A stretch of 23,409 nt of DNA. It comes from an uncultured Thermococci archaeon. Its GTDB lineage: Archaea; Methanobacteriota_B; Thermococci; Thermococcales; Thermococcaceae. The position numbers and the translations under genes were made by a program. The notes beneath the pieces are model-generated. The model was given only the letters and a program-made list of their open reading frames with translations, was not told the DNA's origin and searched no databases. The stretch lies in the NCBI GenBank assembly GCA_964615185.1, contig CAZTOS010000024.1, positions 1-23,409 of the forward strand. Direction: 5' to 3'. Each line of letters opens with the position of its first letter. The stretch's first letter is position 1. Shown here piece by piece: positions 9,943 to 19,312 of the stretch.

Positions 9943-10456
9943 CTAATAATTTAAGTGCATCTTTCAACTCTGGAGTGGATATCTGCTTTAGAAATTCTGA
10001 CACATCTTTTGTCCCTTTTGCTATTGCAATTAGTCCTTTTACGAAGGCTTGTAGCTCTTTGTTATCTTCAAAGCTTCTACAAATCACATCCATATCTTTA
10101 CTGAAGACTCCCACATTTCCCTGTTCCCTCAATATAAAGAGCATATCTCTAACCCTGCAGATGCCAAGGAGATAAAGCTCTCTGGTTGGAGCATTGTACA
10201 AAGCTCTTAAAGCACACTTTACACTTCCTCTATAGTTATCTTCCTCAAAAAATGTTTCAGCGAGCTTGAAACATGCTTCAAAGTATATTTCAGGGAGTTC
10301 ATCCTTTGAAAGTTCCATTATCTTGTCAAGTTTTTTCTTCGCCTTTTCAAAATCCCGCTTATTGATAGCCTCTAAAGCTTCTCTAAAGAGTACAGCTATC
10401 TCACGTCTCTTCTCCCACACCTCAAACTTCTTTAAAAACTTTGGTCTCTCATTCAT
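9929..10456 (-). CDS. Hypothetical alpha-helical (TPR-like) protein (start 10456 or 10471)
   Basis: Helical pattern (EAINKRDFEKAKKKL; LAETFFEEDNYRGSVKCALRAL); directly downstream of rio2. Confidence 0.7.
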   Translation of the reverse strand: MNERPKFLKKFEVWEKRREIAVLFREALEAINKRDFEKAKKKLDKIMELSKDELPEIYFEACFKLAETFFEEDNYRGSVKCALRALYNAPTRELYLLGICRVRDMLFILREQGNVGVFSKDMDVICRSFEDNKELQAFVKGLIAIAKGTKDVSEFLKQISTPELKDALKLLVTPH

Positions 10457-10473
10457 CCTGCTTCGCCACATTA

Positions 10474-11430
10474 TTAATACTCATAGTCCTTATTATCTTT
10501 TTCTCTTCTACTCTCAAGTCTACTCTCAAGCCAAGCTTCATAAAATTCACTCCAGACCTCATCAAAGTTCCTTCTAACTCTCCATCTTCTGTGAAACGCA
10601 TTTAACAAAACAGATATATCCCTTTTTAAGTATTCAAGACTCTCTGGATATGCAGTTGGGAGATATTGAGGCCAGTCAATAATTAAAATATCATCATCTT
10701 CTGTTAAAACTATGTTAAATTCACTCATGTCAGAATGAACAATTCCAAAGCGCACTATCTTAAGGTATTCTTCTAAAACCTTATTGAGAATGTCCTCAGC
10801 CTCCTCTTTTGTCAAATCATCATCTCTAAGCTCACTTAGTTCAACACCTTCAACGAATTCCATCACTATTGCATGTCTGTTCCATGCTATGGGCTTTGGA
10901 ACTTTAGCTATAGGGGAAAGCAATTGCAAAGCCTCATGTTCTCTCTCAGCAACTAACCGTGAAATATAGAGCCAGCTTATGTGGTGTTTGTCAATGAAAT
11001 CTCTCCGATAAAGCTTAATTCTGGTAAAACTTGTTCTTCCAATGCGATTAAACTTCACCGCAACTTTTTCTCCTTGAGGAGTTATCCCAACATAAACATC
11101 AGCCTCTTTCCCAACACCAATCTGTGTCTGGCTTATTGCCTCGATAACACCTTTTCTTGCAAAGGCTCTAATTGCTAAAACATCATACCCATGAATTGTA
11201 AGTTGATAACCAATATAACCAATATCACTCCTCCTCCTTACAAGCATCCAGTTATCGAGTTTTCCTAAGCGATAAGAGGCAGTTTCAACATCAGTTCTCG
11301 CAAACTTGGCAATATCCTCTAAAGGCACCCATTGGTGATAACGCATATTCAGCTCTACCCCTCTCAATATTCGGAAATCTATATCTCTAAGATTATGATA
11401 AACTTCAAGAGCTATTAATTTGCTTACCAT
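10474..11430 (-). CDS. rio2: RIO2-type serine kinase/ATPase (small-subunit biogenesis factor)
   Basis: N-terminal winged helix (DFRILRGVE...GYQLTIHGYD), IGVGKEADVY, AVKF-x-R-x-GRTSF, HSDMSEFNI and IIDWPQ. Confidence 0.95.
   Translation of the reverse strand: MVSKLIALEVYHNLRDIDFRILRGVELNMRYHQWVPLEDIAKFARTDVETASYRLGKLDNWMLVRRRSDIGYIGYQLTIHGYDVLAIRAFARKGVIEAISQTQIGVGKEADVYVGITPQGEKVAVKFNRIGRTSFTRIKLYRRDFIDKHHISWLYISRLVAEREHEALQLLSPIAKVPKPIAWNRHAIVMEFVEGVELSELRDDDLTKEEAEDILNKVLEEYLKIVRFGIVHSDMSEFNIVLTEDDDILIIDWPQYLPTAYPESLEYLKRDISVLLNAFHRRWRVRRNFDEVWSEFYEAWLESRLESRREKDNKDYEY
10507..10530. repeat. Perfect 12-bp tandem duplication (TCTACTCTCAAG x2) in the rio2 3' end
   Basis: 10507-10518 is identical to 10519-10530; encodes LESR-LESR on the minus strand. 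Confidence 0.9.
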
Positions 11431-11521
11431 TTTTACCCCAGTAGGACTTTGGGGATTTATTTTTAAACTCTTGCCTACATCTAAGATAAATTTTTAAACG
11501 CTTAGCTTTCTATCTAAAAGC

Positions 11522-11915
11522 GTGCGGAAGAAGCTTCTGCTGCCCTTTCCCTTGCTGGATATTTAACCATGCCCATAGAATGGCTGTTCCACCCTTATTC
11601 CAATAATAAAGACCGAATTTGAAATCAACAACGCAGAAGCAAGACTTTTAATGACTGCCCTCCTTCTGCCTTATGCTCTAATCCAGTTAATATTCTTAGT
11701 TATTCACTTGCAAGTGCACTTTCTATTCAGTTGGACCAATACTCACAGCTTATACTGCAGATTAACCGACACATGAAAACAGGGGAAGTGTAATGGGGGT
11801 TTTGGAGCAACTCTCGATCCATATCTCCTTATTGACACCTTAAGCCATAAAGAAGCAATTCCATTGATGTATATAACCGCACTAATAATAATAGGAGCAC
11901 AAAAGAAAAGATCAA
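11522..11915 (+). pseudogene. Degraded MFS transporter with frameshifts and large internal deletion(s)
   Basis: GTG start (MRKKLLL) after a TTTTTAAA box at about 11491. Fragments in shifting frames: WIFNHAHRMAVPPL (11556-11597), IPIIKTEFEINNAEARLLMTALLLPYALIQ (11597-11686), then C-terminal-type FYSVGPILTAYTAD* (11721-11765), ENRGSVMGV and FGATLDPYL. Confidence 0.8.
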
Positions 11916-13111
11916 CCATACATAACCTCATGCATAGCTATTTGTTGGGCCAATCTCTGCTCTGAGCCAAATACCTTCTCCACAGCCTTCAGGAAATCCT
12001 CATGTGTTACGTACTCCCTTCTATCCCTAATGGCAAACATTCCAGCTTCTGTTGCTATAGCTTTAAGATCCGCGCCACTCGCTCCCTCTGTCATCTCCGC
12101 TATACTCCTAAGATCAACATTTCTGAGATTCATCTTCCTTGTATGAACCTTAAGTATCTCCAACCTTCCTCCGAAATCTGGCAGGGGCACTTCAATTAAT
12201 CTGTCAAACCTTCCCGGTCTAAGTAAAGCAGGATCTAAAATGTCCGGCCGGTTTGTGGCTGCTATAACTTTTACATTTCCTCTTGGATCAAAACCATCCA
12301 GCTCAGCTAATAGTTGCATTAGAGTCCTATTGACTTCCCTTTCTCCTCCGGTAGTCTCTTCCAATCTTTTGGCTCCAATAGCATCAATTTCATCTATGAA
12401 GATTATAGTGGGGGCTTTCTCTTTTGCCAGCTCAAACAGTTCATGTACCAATCGAGCACCTTCTCCAATGTATTTCCTCACAAGCTCACTACCGACAACA
12501 CGGATAAAGGTTGCATTAACTTCCCTTGCAAGAGCTTTGGCCATTAGTGTTTTTCCACATCCAGGAGGCCCATAAAGGAGAACACCCTTAGGTGGTTCAA
12601 TTCCAACCTTTTCAAACAGTTTTGGATGTTTAAGTGGAAGTTCAACTGCTTCTCTGAGTTCCTGAAGCTGCTTCTTTAATCCACCAATATCATTATACGT
12701 CACATTTGGTCTGTCAATAACCTCAAACCCAAGAACAGAGGGATCCTTCGGTGATGGCAGAATTTCAACAACAGCCATTGTCCTTTGGTCAAGGGCCACT
12801 CTACTACCCGGTTTCAGCTTTTCCTTTTCAATCCATGGAGCTATTCTAACAACAAATCTCGGTCCATTGTAATTCTGGACTATTGCCCTATCATCGTCAA
12901 GTATCTCAAGCAATGTTCCGGCAAAAGCCGGGGGTTGTCTTAATCTTGACATTTCCATTCTCAGGCGGGAAAGTTCTCTTTCAAGTCTCTCCTTATCTGC
13001 CTCAAGAGTTCTCACTTGAAGTTCAAGCTGTCTGATCCTTCTTTTTAGATAGATGATGTAATCATCATACTCGTCATGAGACTTAAGTCCCACATCATTA
13101 ATGTCACTCAT
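11912..13111 (-). CDS. pan: Proteasome-activating nucleotidase (AAA+ ATPase)
   Basis: N-terminal coiled coil and OB domain, Walker A GPPGCGKT, pore loop KYIGEG, Walker [32 protein letters not shown] and C-terminal HbYX (MYG). Confidence 0.98.
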   Translation of the reverse strand: MSDINDVGLKSHDEYDDYIIYLKRRIRQLELQVRTLEADKERLERELSRLRMEMSRLRQPPAFAGTLLEILDDDRAIVQNYNGPRFVVRIAPWIEKEKLKPGSRVALDQRTMAVVEILPSPKDPSVLGFEVIDRPNVTYNDIGGLKKQLQELREAVELPLKHPKLFEKVGIEPPKGVLLYGPPGCGKTLMAKALAREVNATFIRVVGSELVRKYIGEGARLVHELFELAKEKAPTIIFIDEIDAIGAKRLEETTGGEREVNRTLMQLLAELDGFDPRGNVKVIAATNRPDILDPALLRPGRFDRLIEVPLPDFGGRLEILKVHTRKMNLRNVDLRSIAEMTEGASGADLKAIATEAGMFAIRDRREYVTHEDFLKAVEKVFGSEQRLAQQIAMHEVMYG

Positions 13112-13307
13112 AACTTATCCCCCCATAACTAATTTGGTGAGAAGAACTTTTAACTCTATTCCCGATTACCATTAGATTCGCCTAACCTTCACTTCTTAAG
13201 CTTCTTTATAAAGTTATTGGTATTATTTCAGTATATACTAACTCGACTCGAAATTCTTATTAAAGATGAATGCGTATATTTTAATGCTTAATCAGGAGGG
13301 TGGTTTA

Positions 13308-14057
13308 ATGAGAATAGAACTCAAGCTCAAACCCAGAGACGAAGGGACAATTCTTCCATTTAACTACAACTATGACGTCTATGTTCAAATTATTCAAAAA
13401 GTAGCCATAACCTCCCCTGAGCTTGCAAGATTGCTGGAAACTACTCATAAAGACTATTTCACATTTTCCAGGATTATGGTAAGAAAGAGAGAGCTAATCC
13501 CCGATAAGGGAATTAAAATCCTATCGGATGAGGTATGCCTCTACATCTCTTCTTCAGTTATTGATGTAATAAAATCTATAGTCGAGGGATTTATTGAAAA
13601 TCCCGTGCTCCAGATTGAAAATTCAACATTTATCATGGATGGAGTCAAGATTCTTCGAGAGCCCAAGATAAAAGATGGTACTCTCTTCTCCACTTTAAGC
13701 CCTATAATAGTGCGAACGGTAAAGCTTGAAGGCAATAGAATGAAAATTTGGGATCTGTACCCCAGTGAAGAGACATTTCATGACAAGCTCAGGAAGATAA
13801 TGCTAATGCGTTTTTCTGAAATTGAGGAGAGAATGCCCGAAGATAAAGATTTTAGAATCGATGTTATAAAGTACAAACCTGTTAGGATTAAAGTCAAAGA
13901 TACATACTTTAGGGGTTCTCTCATGGTATTTAGATATTATGGATCAAAAGAAATAGCAAAATTTGCTTATGAAAATGGATTTGGTGAAAAAACAAAATAT
14001 GGATTTGGAATGGTCAAAGTGATTGATGAAGAAGAAGCACAAAGAAGCCAAGAATAG
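13308..14057 (+). CDS. cas6: Stand-alone Cas6-family RAMP protein, probably non-catalytic (P. horikoshii Cas6nc type)
   Basis: LPFNYNY, FTFS, STLSPI and C-terminal Gly-rich loop GFGEKTKYGFGMV; AGGAGGGTGG SD before ATG 13308. Confidence 0.9.
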   Translation: MRIELKLKPRDEGTILPFNYNYDVYVQIIQKVAITSPELARLLETTHKDYFTFSRIMVRKRELIPDKGIKILSDEVCLYISSSVIDVIKSIVEGFIENPVLQIENSTFIMDGVKILREPKIKDGTLFSTLSPIIVRTVKLEGNRMKIWDLYPSEETFHDKLRKIMLMRFSEIEERMPEDKDFRIDVIKYKPVRIKVKDTYFRGSLMVFRYYGSKEIAKFAYENGFGEKTKYGFGMVKVIDEEEAQRSQE

Positions 14058-14919
14058 TCTCAATTGCCCAGACAATCGCAACAAGTTCATATTCCCTTAC
14101 CCTTTTTGCCCTCATTATTAAGCCTAAGAAGCTTAGATACGGTGGTGCTTTTAAGGTGCCATCTTCTAAGATCTCCGTTCTGCCCAGTGGTCGCCCCTTG
14201 AACTTTATTTTTGTCTTTAGAAGAAAATCAATCATATGGGGGACAAGGAGAATTGCCGCAAAGACCTCGACTTTGCCGAGTATCCCGACTAATCCTATAA
14301 GGGCACCCAGACTCAGGGTTCCAGTGTCCCCCGGGAATATCTTTGCTGGATATTTGTTCCACCATAAGAACCCAAGAGCTACAGCAAAACCAACAAAAGC
14401 TACTATTCTTGCATCTCCTGACGTTATCATTCCAAGAAAAAGTAACGCTATCGCAGAAGTTCCAACTTCAAGCCCATTAAAACCCGCAAGCATGTTAACA
14501 AGATTTGCAGAAGCCGTCACAAATAGAACAGCAAACAGATAGTATAGTGTTTTTAAATTGATTGTAAAAAGTAGGAGATTGATATCTTTGCTGATCTTTA
14601 AACTCAATAGAGGTAAAGAGACCAACAGAGACAGTAGAACTTTATGAGACTGTCTGAGATTCGTTAAATCATCAATGATTCCCACCACTCCAAAAAGGAG
14701 AAATACCAGCAGCACTGTCGGCAGATTACCAGTTAAAACAGGTGCCAAGGCTACTGAAAGAGATATTAAAATCGCAATTCCACCCATTTCAGGAATTTCT
14801 GGCTTATCCAGCTTATGTATGTCCTTCCCAACTATTCCCGCTTTTTTCATTATATCAGCAATATACAATGTCAAAATCAGCGAGAGGGATAACCCTATAA
14901 ATGCCAATGCCCAAATCAT
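14014..14919 (-). CDS. UDP-GlcNAc:dolichyl-phosphate GlcNAc-1-P transferase (MraY/GPT/AglH family)
   Basis: GKDIHK, PEMGG, GIIDD, NLVNMLAGFNGLE and YPAKIFPGDTG; multi-TM. Confidence 0.92.
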   Translation of the reverse strand: MIWALAFIGLSLSLILTLYIADIMKKAGIVGKDIHKLDKPEIPEMGGIAILISLSVALAPVLTGNLPTVLLVFLLFGVVGIIDDLTNLRQSHKVLLSLLVSLPLLSLKISKDINLLLFTINLKTLYYLFAVLFVTASANLVNMLAGFNGLEVGTSAIALLFLGMITSGDARIVAFVGFAVALGFLWWNKYPAKIFPGDTGTLSLGALIGLVGILGKVEVFAAILLVPHMIDFLLKTKIKFKGRPLGRTEILEDGTLKAPPYLSFLGLIMRAKRVREYELVAIVWAIETILGFFVLLLHQSL

Positions 14920-14975
14920 CTCTGATCCCCAAAAGAATGAGACAGCATAAAAGATAAACCCTTCGGTGATTTCAT

Positions 14976-16298
14976 ATGGACATAAAATTAGCGATCTTTG
15001 ATCTCGATGGAACTCTTATAGGTGCTCCCATGACTTTCATGGAAATCAAGGAAAAGCTGAGAGAAAAACTTCTCGAAATCGGTATTTCCCAAGAAATAAT
15101 AGGTGATCTCACACCTATGTATGAAAGCCTTTTCAGGATTGCAAAAGAAACAGGAAAAGACGTTAATGAACTGAAAAAGTTGCTTGAGGAACTGGAAGTT
15201 AAAAGAGTACATGAAAGCTTTCTGTTTGAGGGCACAAAAGATGTTTTGGACTTTTTAAAAACTAAGGGGATAAAGCTGGCAATTATGACAAGAAACTGCA
15301 GAAGTGCAACACTTAAAGCCTTAAAAATGCATGAGATAGAGGAATACTTTGAGCTCATCCTTACAAGAGATGATCTCCCATGGAATGAAGTCAAACCAAA
15401 TGAGATGCACATTAAAAGGATTCTTGAACATTTCAAAGTCCCACCAACAAAGGCCATGGTCATTGGAGACCATGGATATGACATCATTCCAGCAAAAAAA
15501 GTTGGAGCTTTAAGCATTCTGATAACGAGGCATGAAAGTGGAAGAATGAGCTTTTCCATTGAAGAAAAAGCAGATTTTGAAGTTCCAACTATGAGAGAAC
15601 TTCTACAACTTTTTCGTAGGATTCTGAATACTTATGTTGTCGTTCCGGCATATAACGAGGAACACACAATCGGTAAAGTCCTCGATAGCCTTCTTATGTA
15701 CTTTAAGCCAGAGCACATCATTGTAGTTAATGATGGTAGCAGAGACAAGACAAGGGAAATAGCGAAAAATAAAGGCGTCAGAGTTCTAACACATCTCGTT
15801 AACAGGGGACTTGGAGGAGCACTTGGAACAGGAATAAGATACGCTCTCCTTAAAGGAGCAGAGCTTATAATAACTTTCGATGCAGATGGACAGCACTTGA
15901 TTGAAGATGCACTCAGGGTTATGAAGCCTGTAGCTGAAGGAAAAGCTGATTTAGCTATTGGCTCGAGACTTAGGGGAGATGTAAGCCAAATGCCTTTTAT
16001 AAAACGTTTTGGAAACTTTATTCTTGATGCAATAACTGCGGTCTTTGCTGGCAGATATGTCAGTGATTCCCAAAGCGGATTAAGGTGCTTTAATAAAGGG
16101 TGCGCCTCTAAAATTAAAATAACATGTGATCGCTATGCAGTATCAAGTGAAATAATAATTGAAGCAAGCAAAAACAAGTGCAGAATTGTGGAGGTGCCCA
16201 TTAGGGCCATTTATACTGAATATGCTATGAAGAAAGGGACAAATGTGTTTGAAGGCATTAAAATAGCTTTAAATCTGCTTTTTGACAAACTGAGGTGA
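14976..16298 (+). CDS. Fusion of a HAD-IA phosphatase (about aa 1-215) and a GT2 polyprenol-phosphate glycosyltransferase (about aa 218-440)
   Basis: HAD motifs FDLDGTL, MTRN, KP and IGD-x3-DI. GT2 motifs VPAYNEE, VNDGSRD, NRGLGGA, FDADGQH, GSR and DSQSGLR. One uninterrupted frame. Confidence 0.9.
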   Translation: MDIKLAIFDLDGTLIGAPMTFMEIKEKLREKLLEIGISQEIIGDLTPMYESLFRIAKETGKDVNELKKLLEELEVKRVHESFLFEGTKDVLDFLKTKGIKLAIMTRNCRSATLKALKMHEIEEYFELILTRDDLPWNEVKPNEMHIKRILEHFKVPPTKAMVIGDHGYDIIPAKKVGALSILITRHESGRMSFSIEEKADFEVPTMRELLQLFRRILNTYVVVPAYNEEHTIGKVLDSLLMYFKPEHIIVVNDGSRDKTREIAKNKGVRVLTHLVNRGLGGALGTGIRYALLKGAELIITFDADGQHLIEDALRVMKPVAEGKADLAIGSRLRGDVSQMPFIKRFGNFILDAITAVFAGRYVSDSQSGLRCFNKGCASKIKITCDRYAVSSEIIIEASKNKCRIVEVPIRAIYTEYAMKKGTNVFEGIKIALNLLFDKLR

Positions 16299-16669
16299 TG
16301 GAGATGTTAGCAGTCCAATATATAGCTCTCGCAACAATACTTGGCCTGATGATTTATGTTCTGAGCAAATATGGAAGAAAAGAATTAGAGTGGAGAGATT
16401 TCATGTTCTGGGAAATCCTGCTTGTGATAATGCTGATAATTACACTTAAACCAGTTGAAATTTCACTTGAGGTCAAGCGAATTCTTGGACTTGGCAGGGG
16501 TTTGGATGCACTCTTCGTGGTTGCAATCGGAATAGGCTACTTAATGATATTCAGAGTTTATCTTGCAGTTGATAGAGCAGAAAGAGAGATAACAGAACTC
16601 ACGAGAAAGCTTGCAATAGAGCTGGGAGAAATCAATGAAAAGCTGGAGAAGATAAAAGAAAAAAGCTAA
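16298..16669 (+). CDS. DUF2304 family small membrane protein (GT2 partner; start 16295, 16298 or 16304)
   Basis: Three TM segments, LGLGRGLD motif and C-terminal coiled coil [11 protein letters not shown]; start overlaps the GT2 stop. Confidence 0.85.
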   Translation: MEMLAVQYIALATILGLMIYVLSKYGRKELEWRDFMFWEILLVIMLIITLKPVEISLEVKRILGLGRGLDALFVVAIGIGYLMIFRVYLAVDRAEREITELTRKLAIELGEINEKLEKIKEKS

Positions 16670-17223
16670 CTCTTGCCGCAAAACTCATTTGCAAAAAGTT
16701 CCTCCAGAAACATCTTGACTCTCTCTTTAGGAAGTCTGAACTGCCTTATTTTTATCATTCCCTTTTCCTGGGCCTCTTTAAGTAGTATCTCAGTTGCTTT
16801 ATTTGGGTACATTTCTTCATAGACTATTTCTTTTATCCCAGCATTTATCAAAAGCTTAAAGCATGTATCGCATGGAAAGTGAGTAACGTAAAGTGTTGCT
16901 CCTTCGAGGCTTATTCCCTTTCTTGCCGCCATTGCTATGACGTTCTGTTCAGCATGAACTGCTCTGTGACAATGCCCATCCACTATCAAACAACCAACAT
17001 CAATGCAGTGATCCATTCCTCTTGGAGCTCCATTATAACCCGTTGCAAGAATGTATCCATCTTTTACAGCAACAGCACCAACTCTTAGTCTCGGGCAGGT
17101 GGCTCTAAGCGAAACAAGCTTTGCTATTAGCATGAAATATTCGTCCTTAGTAGGACGAATCTTCTTGATCCGTTCCGCTTTTTTCTCATCAAGAACGATT
17201 TCAACGTTCACACTCTCACCCAA
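16666..17223 (-). CDS. dCMP deaminase family (cytidine/deoxycytidylate deaminase); start uncertain
   Basis: RP-x-KDEYFM, RATC-x-R-x-VGAV, TGYNG, HAEQN and PC-x2-C zinc motifs. Confidence 0.9.
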   Translation of the reverse strand: MGESVNVEIVLDEKKAERIKKIRPTKDEYFMLIAKLVSLRATCPRLRVGAVAVKDGYILATGYNGAPRGMDHCIDVGCLIVDGHCHRAVHAEQNVIAMAARKGISLEGATLYVTHFPCDTCFKLLINAGIKEIVYEEMYPNKATEILLKEAQEKGMIKIRQFRLPKERVKMFLEELFANEFCGKS

Positions 17224-17259
17224 AGGAAATTAAGAAATGAGTTTTAAAAGAATTTTGAA

Positions 17260-18039
17260 TCACTTAAGAGTATCTCTAAATGCTCTTCCTTCAATTTCGG
17301 CAAGTATTTTCCATATCCTTTCATCATAAGTTGGGTGAGTATCCATAAGGCTTCTTTTTTGTTTCCTTTCAATATTAGGCTCTATTCCTGGCAAAGCTGA
17401 AGCTCTAACGTTTATTCTCAAATCTTCGTAGTATTTAAGTTCTTCAAGGGCTTCTTTAAGCGAGAAAGGTCTGTCCAGTAAGTATAAAGCAGTTTCATCA
17501 GCTTTAAACTCCCTTCTTTTTAAAAATTTGACTCTTTCAATTTCGTAGAGGATGCATAATCCAAAAGAGATGAGTGCAGCCATGGTGGTGTGAACAAAGA
17601 CTGTAATTATAGAGCTCAGAAAGAGCATGAGGTACCTCCCATATGCCACTAAGGGAAATATCACCGTGTCCCCGTTTTTTATATGTCCAATTTCATGAGC
17701 AGCAACACCTAAAATCTGCTCTTCGTCAAGAACCTCAAAGAGACCCAACGATAAAACTATGGAACTTCCGAAGGAATAAGCGTTGGGAATGTAATCATCA
17801 AGGATGTAAACATAGGGCATCCCTATTCCGGCTTTACTCGCCATTCTTGCTATACCCTCGTAAAGCCAAGGCATTTCCTCCCATTTAAGTCTGGAATAGT
17901 CCTTTGGAAGGGAATGTCTTGTTATCCAAATATACATTAAAAACAAGAACATGGCAGTAAAGAACACAACAGCTAACCCAAACTTGCCAAGATAAAACAC
18001 TGTAATGAGCAGCTGGGCAAGTACAATAAATCTCAACAT
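17260..18039 (-). CDS. Membrane zinc metallopeptidase, M48 (HtpX-like)/M56 (BlaR-like)
   Basis: N-terminal TMs, PNAYS, AAHEIGH (HExxH), REFKAD (third ligand) and THP-x4-RI. Confidence 0.88.
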   Translation of the reverse strand: MLRFIVLAQLLITVFYLGKFGLAVVFFTAMFLFLMYIWITRHSLPKDYSRLKWEEMPWLYEGIARMASKAGIGMPYVYILDDYIPNAYSFGSSIVLSLGLFEVLDEEQILGVAAHEIGHIKNGDTVIFPLVAYGRYLMLFLSSIITVFVHTTMAALISFGLCILYEIERVKFLKRREFKADETALYLLDRPFSLKEALEELKYYEDLRINVRASALPGIEPNIERKQKRSLMDTHPTYDERIWKILAEIEGRAFRDTLK

Positions 18040-18044
18040 CTAAA

Positions 18045-18410
18045 TCACTTCTTTATCTTCGACAGATATGCAAATGTCGCCTCTTTGAAGTTGCTCATTA
18101 ATGCATTTAGTATTGTTTCAACAATCTTTTTCTCAAACTCCTCCCTTGTTGTTGTTATGCTATAGACATACCTCATTCCACCTCTTCCTGTCTCAACACT
18201 CCTCTCCAAGAGTCCTCTCTCACACAAACGGTTCATCAGTATGCTGACTGTTGAGCGTCTCATATCTGGGTGCTTTTGCTTCATATATTCATAAACCTCT
18301 CCGGCTGTGGCTATTTTTACCTTCCACATATATTCCATAATTTCTGCTTCTAACGGTGGTAGAACTGCTTTTAGTCCCTCTTCATTCAACTTAAATTCAT
18401 GAGGCTCCAT
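18045..18410 (-). CDS. BlaI/MecI/CopY family transcriptional repressor
   Basis: LPPLEAEIMEYMW, A-x-EV, STVSILMNRL-x2-RGLL-x-R, Y-x-Y and TREEF; SD GGAGAGTGA. Confidence 0.9.
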   Translation of the reverse strand: MEPHEFKLNEEGLKAVLPPLEAEIMEYMWKVKIATAGEVYEYMKQKHPDMRRSTVSILMNRLCERGLLERSVETGRGGMRYVYSITTTREEFEKKIVETILNALMSNFKEATFAYLSKIKK

Positions 18411-18476
18411 TATTCATCACTCTCCTAAAAGTTATCTCGTATAGAGGATAAATAAACTTTATGTTTATATAGGTGA

Positions 18477-19250
<774 letters not shown>

Positions 19251-19274
19251 ATTTCCATTTTTTGCTTAATTTTT

Positions 19275-19290
19275 GATAAAACTTTTATAG
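19275..19290 (+). promoter_or_regulatory. BRE/TATA promoter, probably giving a leaderless transcript for the channel gene
   Basis: GATAAAAC-TTTTATA about 24 nt upstream of ATG 19313; no SD; preceded by the pyrH T-tract (about 19258-19263). Confidence 0.55.
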
Positions 19291-19312
19291 TTTTGCAGAG
19301 TAACATACATTC

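Noticed and set aside
11597..11626. ATTCCAATAATAAAGACCGAATTTGAAATC resembles the Thermococcales CRISPR repeat (GTTCCAATAAGAC...GAATTGAAAG) and lies 1.7 kb from cas6
   Set aside because: It is a single copy with a mismatched middle and no spacer periodicity, and it is fully explained as codons IPIIKTEFEI of the MFS pseudogene.
11743..11931. 62-aa minus-strand ORF downstream of pan
   Set aside because: It is antisense to the MFS pseudogene fragments, overlaps the pan stop and has no recognisable motif.
13112..13307. Possible CRISPR leader or mini-array upstream of cas6
   Set aside because: No direct repeats of about 30 bp are visible; the region reads as two divergent AT-rich promoters.
18452..18468. 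AAC-N5-GTT as a SurR or Phr binding site
   Set aside because: It lacks the GTT-N3-AAC core of SurR and the TTT/AAA flanks of the Phr consensus; kept only as an unassigned palindrome.
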